Of a stretch of DNA of 64,000 nucleotides, positions 54,416 to 64,000 are shown one piece after another (the first letter of the stretch is position 1; each line of letters starts with the position of its first letter). The stretch spans positions 16,740,001 to 16,804,000 of the forward strand of contig OX597827.1 in NCBI GenBank assembly GCA_951406725.2, read 5' to 3'. The position numbers and the translations under genes were made by a program. The stretch is from Octopus vulgaris (Eukaryota). Under the pieces are notes generated by a model that saw nothing but the letters and a program-made list of their open reading frames with translations, did no database searches and was not told where the DNA came from.

Positions 54416-54527
54416 TATATAATATATATATATTTATATATATATATAAATTTATAAATAAGGATAATATCGAAGTATAACGTGTGTTCTGTATATATAT
54501 ATTTGTATTTATGTTTCCATCTGGTAT

Positions 54528-54586
54528 ATTCAACTGATGAAAGCAGAGCTTATTTGAAGCAAAGCTAGAAATCCAGGATCTTGAAT
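54528..54586 (+). ncRNA. Type-I hammerhead ribozyme motif, canonical CUGAUGA core
   Basis: ATTCAA-CTGATGA-AAGC...GCTA-GAAA-TCC(A)GGA-TC-TTGAAT; 6-bp stem I; predicted cleavage after 54580. Confidence 0.72.
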
Positions 54587-54746
54587 TATCCAGTAATATC
54601 TTTTTTGCTAGTTTATTTTGTCTCTCTCTTATCTCATGGTGCTATATGAACATTTTAGGTGGTTTTTAGTGTCAGGATTTGACTGCTATTTCGGCATGGT
54701 GGTGGATCACATATACTCTCATATATATATATATATATATATATAC

Positions 54747-55378
54747 ATGCATATATGGGCACAGGACGTCACTAACAGTAAACAATATGAAATACGAAAG
54801 CAAATGATTTCAATACGCAAACAACGAAAGAAACAAATGTAAAACAGGACAGGTAACATAAAGGATGACCCTTCATCTGTTGTCGGCTGTGTATCAAATC
54901 CTCATTTCGAGCATTGAACGGCAATATGAGTCGTCGGGGACAGTTGCTCCCATAAGTACCAAAGTAAAATTTGGGATTTATGGAGGGTCAAAGTTGGGAA
55001 CAAAAACAGGACAGTGGAGACATACAAGGAGACCGAACGAAGACAAACATGGAGGATCGTTAGACCAGAGCGAGGGTAAAATAGCGAACGCTGGAGAAAT
55101 ATTTTTTTTGACGAGAGAAGAGACAGAAGAGAGAGATAGGATACGTGCTATTCTTAAGATAGTCCATATATGTATATGTCTCGCCTTGACCTTCGAAACG
55201 CAGAGTAGATGAAACAGAGGCGACTGAAGAAGGGGAATTTTCCTTGTGTTCTATGTCCTGTACTCTATTTTTTCGTTGTTTAAGAAAAATGTCTATTTCC
55301 TTGGTTTTGTGTTTATGTTTTCGTTTCTCATTGTGTTCGACGTTTTTTTTTTTTTGTGTCCTGTACCCATATATGCAT
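54747..55378. mobile_element. TA-embedded element with 21-bp terminal inverted repeats
   Basis: ATGCATATATGGGCACAGGAC / GTCCTGTACCCATATATGCAT; left half is homologous to 35015-35180 in reverse. Confidence 0.7.
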
Positions 55379-55451
55379 ATATATATACATGTAGATGTAG
55401 GTACGTACATATATGTATATATATATGCATATGTTTTATCTATTAATTTGT

Positions 55452-55513
<62 letters not shown>

Positions 55514-55527
55514 GTGTGTGTGTGTGT

Positions 55528-55692
55528 GTACGACGGGCTTCTTTCAGTTTCTGTCTACCAGATCCATTCACAAGGTTTTGATCGATGGTGGGCTATAGTA
55601 AAAGACACTTTCTCAAGATGCCACTTAGTAGAACTGAACCCAGAACCATCTGATCGGGGAACGAGCTTCTTACCACTCGGCCACACCCACGC
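55528..55692 (-). mobile_element. Degenerate group A SINE head
   Basis: Diverged consensus match. Confidence 0.75.
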
Positions 55693-55914
55693 ATTATTTT
55701 TTATTGACGTTACAGATACTGTTGTTTTGTTGCTGTGAATAAAGCCAAATCTTGTGATTTTTTTTTCTTAGTCACAGGTAGATAGACAGGGCCTATGACC
55801 ATTTTCAAGTTTCCAAGACTGTTGAGAGTAAATGAAAAAGCTATTCACACACAGGAAACTTCTTTCGAGCTTTAGAGTAGATTGCATACCATTAACTTCA
55901 CTCAAGAATTAGTC

Positions 55915-56349
55915 GGATCTTTTCGGTTTGAACGGCAGTTTTTAACATAATTTCTAGGTAACTAAAAAATTTTAAACTTCGTATACTGGTAGAATGTGTT
56001 TATAAAAAATCTTTTTCTCTTGGCTTTCTTGAGAAAATTCTATAGTTTGTAAGATATTTGTTGTTTTTATTCTTCAATTTCTGCAATTTCAACCAATCAC
56101 TGACATCTATTGCGGTAAAAAAAAAACATTCTGTGCCGTATGAACATGTCCCTCGTTTAAGAAACAGATTGGGTTTATTTACATTTCTGAAGAAAAAAAG
56201 ATACCCTTCCCCTCACCCCTAACCCTAACTAACCCTAACCCTAAAAGAGATTGAAATGCAATAGATCGATACTAGGGTCATAATTATGGGTGACAATTTC
56301 ATATGACACCGCTAAAAAAAAAAAACTGCCGTTCAAACCAAAAAGATCC
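55915..56349. mobile_element. Merlin-like MITE with internal (CCCTAA)n
   Basis: Same TIRs as 32702; 8-bp TSD AATTAGTC. Confidence 0.88.
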
Positions 56350-56779
56350 AATTAGTCAAAAGTAGGAACAGTAGCTTTGATGAATATCAGCATAATTTTC
56401 ATCTACCATGTACTACGAAGGTTTTGTTTCAACCAGGGCTATAATACAAGATACTCAGTGTGACACGCTGTTGGATGGATCGAGATCAAAACTACGTGTT
56501 TACTAAGCAAATTTCTTAACCATAGCCATGTTTGCACACATCATCTATAATCTCTTCTCACGTATTTCTTTCTTCGTGCACACTTTGGTTGGTTTCAGAC
56601 GATCTTTCTTGAAACGGTTGGGTGTAGGTGCAAGCTATTCTGCGAATGGTGCTGAATGGAATGTCTAATTATCCTTCTTTTGTCTCTAAATTAATTACCC
56701 TGCAACTATGAATTTTATCTCAAAGTGAAACAATTCTTAGGTGAGTGATAAAGGAGTGAGATACGAATTGCCGATATAT

Positions 56780-57300
56780 AAATTTGCAAACTGAACTAGC
56801 TTTGACCATAAATTATCGTATTGTAACACCTCCACGCTTTGCAAACAACAAAACCATTAACCAAGAGCTCAATAACTCTTGCAACTGTCTGCCTCCCAAT
56901 AACTACCCTCTAGAACCGAATTACATAGCTAAGGATACTGGGTACAAATGCTTAGTTATTTCTAACAACTCAAAATCCATTTAAATCAATTTAAATCAGG
57001 ATTTTATCCGCACACGTATTCATTTAAGAAACACGACAGAAGCAAATTTCGTTGTGTTTATACATTTGATCGCTTAAAGAAAATTCAATATCATATCATC
57101 TTAAAAGAAATAGAGGTCTACAGTAAAAGCATATAAGAGGAATAACAACTCATACAATCTTTGTTCCCACAGATAGCTACCATATATTTATTACTAAAAC
57201 ACCCATTTCTCAACAACTTTCGAACTGCATTCAGAGAAATATCTAAGTTCCATGCCTTTTACAAACCAACAGCTTTGTCACACCACAAATAATGGCCATA
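56780..57300 (+). mobile_element. Possible very old Penelope-like remnant
   Basis: ELNN....PPNNYP (RT thumb-like) and CVYTF (GIY-like) fragments only. Confidence 0.3.
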
Positions 57301-57652
57301 TCTCTGTATGCATAGTTGTATCTGATAGTGGGTTTCTACGTTATTATTTCCGCTATTCCATTCCTCACATTTTAAAACGACTACATTCTCATTTTATGTT
57401 CGCTTAATTCTGGATCGATATTCTCAAGAGTACTACTGAAACAGTGCGAACACCTCGAAAATGTCGGTTTCAGGGAATAAAAAGTCCGTTTACTCTGTGG
57501 ACATAGGTGTACTGAGTGCTTTCTACTCGACAGTGGATACTTTTGTTTTCAACAATAAATTCTTCAGTTTATCCATCCATCCATCCGTCCATCCATCCAT
57601 CCATCCATCCATCCATCCATCCATCCATCCATCTGTATCTCTCTCTCTCGCG

Positions 57653-57690
<38 letters not shown>

Positions 57691-57735
57691 CACCTACCTA
57701 CCTACCTATCTGTCTATCTATTATATGCATATAAA

Positions 57736-57779
<44 letters not shown>

Positions 57780-57782
<3 letters not shown>

Positions 57783-57920
57783 TTACTACCCACAAGGGGC
57801 TAAACACAGAGGGGACAAACAAGGACAGACAAAGGGATTAAGTCGACAACATCGACCCCAGTGCGTAACTGGTACTTAATTTATCGACCCCGAAAGGATG
57901 AAAGGCAAAGTCGACCTCGG
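57780..57920 (-). mobile_element. Group C SINE 3' half
   Basis: Consensus match, bounded by (TA)n. Confidence 0.85.
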
Positions 57921-57936
57921 CTATATATATATATAC

Positions 57937-58153
<217 letters not shown>

Positions 58154-58662
58154 GTGTGTGTGTAAATTTGTGTGTTCTTTTGTATGTGTGTTTCTGTGTG
58201 TGTATGTGTGTGGCAGAGATAGAAAGAGAGAAAGAAAGAGAGAAAAAGAGAGAGAAGAGGGAGAGAGAGAGAAAGAGAAAATAGACAGAGAGAGAAGAGA
58301 CAAAGAGAGAAAGAAAGAGAGAACTGGCCCTATTTAATTATGTAAATGAAACAATAAACGAGGCCTCGTCAAAAATCGGAATGAAGGGAGAAGAGCGGAA
58401 ACGGAAGAATAAGAATGGGTAATGGAGATGAATGCAATCGGAAAGAAAGGATTAAAAATAGGAATAAACAATAAAACCATATTAAGGAATAACAATGGGA
58501 ATAAAGGAATAAGAATGGGAATATAGAAATGAAAATGGCTATAAGTAAAAGGAGGAAACTGAATAACAATGGGAATATAGGAATAACAATCAGAATTAGA
58601 GGATAAAAACGTAAATAAAAAAAAAATCGAACAAAATCATAGTTATTAAATTAGGAGGTAGG

Positions 58663-59044
58663 AGGCACTCCGTCGGTTACGACGACGAGGGTTCCTGTTG
58701 ATCCGACTCAACGGAACATCCTGCTCGTGAAATTAACGTGTAAGTGGCTGAGCACTCCACAGACACGTGCACCCTTAACGTAGTTCTCGGGGATATTCAG
58801 CGTGACACAGAGAGTGACAAGGCTGGCCCTTTGAAATACAGGTACAACAGAAACAGGAAGTAAGAGTGAGAGAAAGTTGTGGTGAAAGAGTACAGCAGGG
58901 ATCACCACCATCCCCTGCCGGAGCCTCGTGGAGCTTTAGGTGTTTTCGCTCAATAAACACTCACAACGCTCGGTCTGGGAATCGAAACCGCGATCCTACG
59001 ACCGCGAGTCCGCTGCCCTAACCACTGGGCCATTGCGCCTCCAC
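58663..59044 (-). mobile_element. Full-length group B SINE
   Basis: Near-identical to 7325/9101; flanking duplication AGTTATTAAATTA. Confidence 0.92.
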
Positions 59045-60341
59045 TAAGTTATTAAATTATAAGGGGTCTGATTGGTAAAATCGTTCAAGTGTTGGTAGGC
59101 GCCTTCTATCTGTTCCGAGTGTTGGAGATCTGAGCTCGAATCCCGCTGTGGTTAACTTTGCCTTTCATATTGCTTTCAAAAGTTTGGCTCGTAGTTCTGA
59201 GTTCAGCCCTATTGCGCGGGGATCGTGGGCAAGTATTTTGTATTATAGCCCTAAGCCGACCAATGCCTTGTGAGTGAATTTGTTAGACGGAAACTGTCTG
59301 CAAGCCCGTAGTATATGTGGCGTGCGTGTGTGGGTGTAGGTGTGTGCGTGTATGTGTATGTAGGGTGTAAGTGTGCATGGGCGTGTATCTTTGTATATGT
59401 CCCACCCACCGATTGACAAATAGTGTTGGCTTGTTTATGTTCCTGTAAATTAGCGATTTGGCAAAAGAGAAAGATGGAATAGCAGACTTAAAAAGTCTGG
59501 TATTTTATCTATCTCTAATTTTGTCAATCACTTTTTTAACAAATCGCGTTGGCCAGTTTGTCCTATATAAGGGGAGACGCAAAAGAGAGCACAGGATGAA
59601 GTAAATGAAATTGCTAAAGGTGCATCGGGCTTCAATCATAGTTTACGTCAACTAGATTCACACTCGCAAGGCATTGGTCATTGGCTCGGTGCAATAGGAG
59701 AGCAATGAGACTGGGTTCGAAACGTCGTGGTTGCGAAATAAGGTTCTTAACCACTCAGCCATACCAGTGCTTTATATTAAAAAAACAACAATAATAACAA
59801 CAATATATACAATGGTAGACAGGTTCATAGACATACAGTACAGCACGCCTTGGAGGCCGAGATTCGAACCATCGAAATAGCGGCAAATTTCTCTATAAAA
59901 CACACACACACTTACAGATACACGCATACACGTACACACACACAGGCACACACACACAAACAAACAAACAAACAAAACAACAGATCACCGATTCGAGGAG
60001 GCTGTGTAGAAATGGAAGTTTATTTTCTCACCAAAATATAAAAACAAAACAATTAACAAATTACTAACAAGAACAACAACAAAAAACCCAACATAAAAAC
60101 ACACACAAAAAAAACTACCATCAAATCAATTGTACTTCCTGTGAACAGGCCATCTTGATTTCGTCTTTAGAATTCACAAAAGCTCAATTATTGCATGAAA
60201 ATCAAATGAAAATCCAAATCCGAATCCATAAAAATGGAAAACTTTAATCCTTGAATTGATGTCATCGAACTCCCTCCGGATTTTCGGTAACAGCCATTTC
60301 TTTCCTACTGCATTATTTGTAGTGGATGATTTGTCGATCAA

Positions 60342-60342
60342 T

Positions 60343-60410
<68 letters not shown>

Positions 60411-60428
60411 ACTTTCTTTCCTCCCTTC

Positions 60429-60507
<79 letters not shown>

Positions 60508-60566
60508 TCCTTTCTTTCTTTCTTTCTTTCTTTCTTTCCTTCTTTCTTTCCTTTTTCTTTCCTTTT

Positions 60567-60618
<52 letters not shown>

Positions 60619-60710
60619 TCCTTTTTCTTTCTTTCTTTCTTTCTTTCTTTCTTTTTTCTCTCCTTCCGTCTTTCTTTCTTTCTTTTTCTTTCTTTTTTTT
60701 TCATTCTTTT
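60342..60710. repeat. (TTTC)n microsatellite
   Basis: Direct reading. Confidence 0.95.
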
Positions 60711-60866
60711 ATTTAATTAATTAGTTTTCTTTTATTTAATTAATTAATTTATTTGTTTATTTAAAGGGATATGTTATATTTTAGAGTGTTGTTAACGTTG
60801 CTTTGCTTTACCTATTTTTTTTGTACAATAACAATTTTTTTTTAGTGTAGTATTTGCCGCACATTT

Positions 60867-60897
<31 letters not shown>

Positions 60898-60912
60898 ACA
60901 ACAACTACAACA

Positions 60913-60950
<38 letters not shown>

Positions 60951-60993
60951 CAACACCACCACCACCACCACCACCACCACCACCACCACCACC

Positions 60994-61068
<75 letters not shown>

Positions 61069-61268
61069 ACTACTACTGATGTTATTGTAATGATTGTTGC
61101 TGTTGATTTTTATTGTTGCTACTGTTGATGGTGGAGTTAATGTACTTCTACTTCTGATTATTATCATCATCATCATTATTATTATTATTGTTTTTCTTTC
61201 TTTCTTCAAATTTTCTTCCATTTCTCGCCGAGTGTTTTCCGTACACCTAGAGCAGAGAAGCTCTGTTA

Positions 61269-61324
<56 letters not shown>

Positions 61325-61325
<1 letters not shown>

Positions 61326-61625
61326 TATGTTTAACTTTTGCTTTATGTTTGTACAAATTGGCTCCGAGTCTCACCGAGAGACCTCAAGAGACAGCAGGTT
61401 GGAAGTTCATGTTGTTGTTATGCCTAGTGTGCCATATATTTGGGGTTTTTTTGGTGTTGTACTAGTGAATGTCCCCCCCCCCAACCAAAATTATGTTTGT
61501 TTTAAACCCTGAGATTACATAGAAAGTATTTTGCGTAGGATATGAGCAGTTCCCATGAGCACTATCTTTAGAATTTCTGCCATTTTGGGGTTTCCTGGTA
61601 TCTGAGTTAGGTAGCAATCAGCCCC

Positions 61626-61626
<1 letters not shown>
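61325..61626 (-). mobile_element. Dong/R4-like LINE 3' end in (TAA)n
   Basis: ADCYLTQIPGNPKMAEILKIVLMGTAHILRKILSM*; bounded by TAA arrays on both sides. Confidence 0.75.
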
Positions 61627-61717
<91 letters not shown>

Positions 61718-61764
61718 CCCTCGCCACAAATTTTAGACCTTGTGCCCGTAGTAGAAAGGATTAT

Positions 61765-62500
61765 TACTTTGGTTTGGCTTTGGATTTTTGTGGATAGCGG
61801 GTTACTACCTTTAACCTTCGGTATCCACAAGTTTCCAGCTGTCTTTCAAGTGCTTAGAACTCTTCTGAGAATCCTTGCTGCTCCTAAGCGCCAAACTTAC
61901 TGTAGGAGCTCTACTGGACATTCTATTCCAATCTTACTTCAGCCATTTGTCTATATTTTGTTAACTATTCTCAACACACCAATTATTATAGGCACAGCCT
62001 TTACGGTTCTCATGCTAAAAATTCTTTCTCTTTTAAGTTTTGAATGATTGTATCTTTTTATCCTCTTTCTTTACGATCCTAGAATCAAACGGACATGATG
62101 GGGCGATTAATAAACAACTTCGTTTTTCCTTATTTATAATTGTGATATGCAACCAATTATTTTCTAACTTGTCTGTTTGAATAGGAAAGTCTCGACCCTA
62201 GTACTCTTTCGACTCGATGACTGTACCATATGTTTACGGTTTCAAATCCCCATTTCTGAAGCAGATTCCAGTGTAAAACTCTTACAACCCGGTCGTGCCG
62301 TCATTTCATATATTCTTCCTGTGCCAACTTGGGACATTCGGCCACACTGTTTGCTACTGTCCCATTCCAAGTTCCACTGTCTCTACATTTTTCTGACAGA
62401 TTTTCTCCATACATATTTTCTCTCAAGTTGTTAGTTTCTACCACTTGATCTTAGGCTGCTACAATTAGGCTCTCTGTTATTTCTGTTTTTATTTACCCCT
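61765..62500 (-). mobile_element. R4/Dong-like REL endonuclease remnant
   Basis: Frameshifted RHDRVVRVLHWNL...ITIINKEKRSCLLI..SCPFD...VKAVPIIIGVL...LGAARILRRVL. Confidence 0.7.
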
Positions 62501-63327
62501 TTTTTAAAAACTAAGACCAGAGTTTTGTTCCAAATTTTACTTGGTTATTTTGATTAAATTAGGTCCAATGGTGGACTATTTATATATAAACATAACTGAG
62601 AATACTCAAAACAAACAATAGTTTTCATAAATAAGAGTTAATGCAACGCTTTCTTTACAATAATACATATACAGTGCCAAAATCGACCTTCCCTATTCTA
62701 TCAACCAATTCCAGGATTTTTTTCAACATGCATCCTGAGTGGATTTCCAGATCTGTCCACGCAAGTTTTCTTTTCAATCTGTTCAACATTGCATTATTAT
62801 CATAATTATTGAAAAAGAGAGAGAGTAGCGCATGACATCAGAGTGACCCTGGGGTACAAATATACGAAGCCCAATACACCCATCATGACTACCCGTCTGA
62901 TAAGGATACACCAAGCACATGCATCACAAACATATGTGCGCGAGATATAGTGATCTTATATCAAGGCAAACAGTAAATGACCTTGCAGGTGAGACCCAGT
63001 TACGATTCTCAAAAGGTCCCCGAATGAGGGTTGTTTAAGGATGAAAATCAAAGACCGATGTTTCCAGGGGTCAATTTTAAAAACCCCAAACGATTCCTTT
63101 CAACACATGGCTATGATGCCACCCTACCACTACACGAGCTCGTGTTGAGAAATGCACATATCGTCAGCATAGGGTCAAGCGACTGGCAAGCAAATCAGTG
63201 GTATTGAGCAGAATATTTGCTGTAGTCCATCTTTTTATACCAAGACAAAACAATGTACATGATAACACTTCCAATCAATTAAGATCAGAAGCCATGAGAG
63301 TCACTGCCTGGTACTGCATCAGGGCAT

Positions 63328-63348
63328 TTATTATTATTATTGTTATTA

Positions 63349-63400
<52 letters not shown>

Positions 63401-63498
63401 CATCATCATCATCATCATCATTATCACCATCATCATCACCATTCACCACCACCACCACCACCACCACCACGACCACCACGACCACGACCACCACGACG

Positions 63499-63532
<34 letters not shown>

Positions 63533-63545
63533 TCATCATTCATCA

Positions 63546-63596
<51 letters not shown>
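63328..63596. repeat. (ATT)/(ATC)/(ACC) compound microsatellite
   Basis: Direct reading. Confidence 0.95.
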
Positions 63597-64000
63597 GTTT
63601 TCTAGTTTTCAGATTATTACATTAAACGGGAAAGGACTGATAGGGAAGAAAATGTGTAAATTGAAAAAGAGAGAGAAAATGAGAAAACAAGAGGGCGATA
63701 AAGAAAATGAAAAAGCTATTGATGTGTATGGATACACACACACACACACATGCACACACACATACAAATACACACACTAATACACACAGGTGTGTATGTA
63801 TGTATGTATGTATGTATGTATGTATGTATGTATGTATGAGGACAGAGTGTGGTTAGAGGTTTGTCCACAGAGCCTGTTCTTTGCCAGTTAAATATATTGA
63901 ATGGGAATAAGATCAGTTACTGACTAATATGTGCTTGTGCATATACATACATACATACATACGTACAGATATCTGTGAGTGTATGCGTTTATGTATTACG

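Overview
AT-rich, microsatellite-saturated eukaryotic DNA with no intact protein-coding gene. Nearly all long ORFs in the track are microsatellite or SINE artefacts. The SINE repertoire (tRNA-derived families with CORE-like and Meta-like domains) suggests an octopus/cephalopod intronic or intergenic region; this is an inference. The window is a dense mosaic of three SINE groups, LINE remnants (R4/Dong-like, RTE with C2H2 fingers, CR1/L2-like, Penelope-like with GIY-YIG), a Gypsy integrase remnant, Tc1/mariner remnants, Merlin-like MITEs carrying telomeric repeats, and non-autonomous Helitrons. Three signals stand out. (1) At least eight minimal type-I hammerhead-ribozyme motifs lie in short non-coding elements embedded in (TA)n tracts, several with non-canonical cores or fold-back arms ending near the cleavage site. 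(2) In two independent cases a SINE has copied 100-150 bp of unique flank from a nearby inverted SINE. (3) An initiator tRNA-Met is fused to a SINE 3' tail. All calls are by eye, and boundaries of degenerate elements are approximate.
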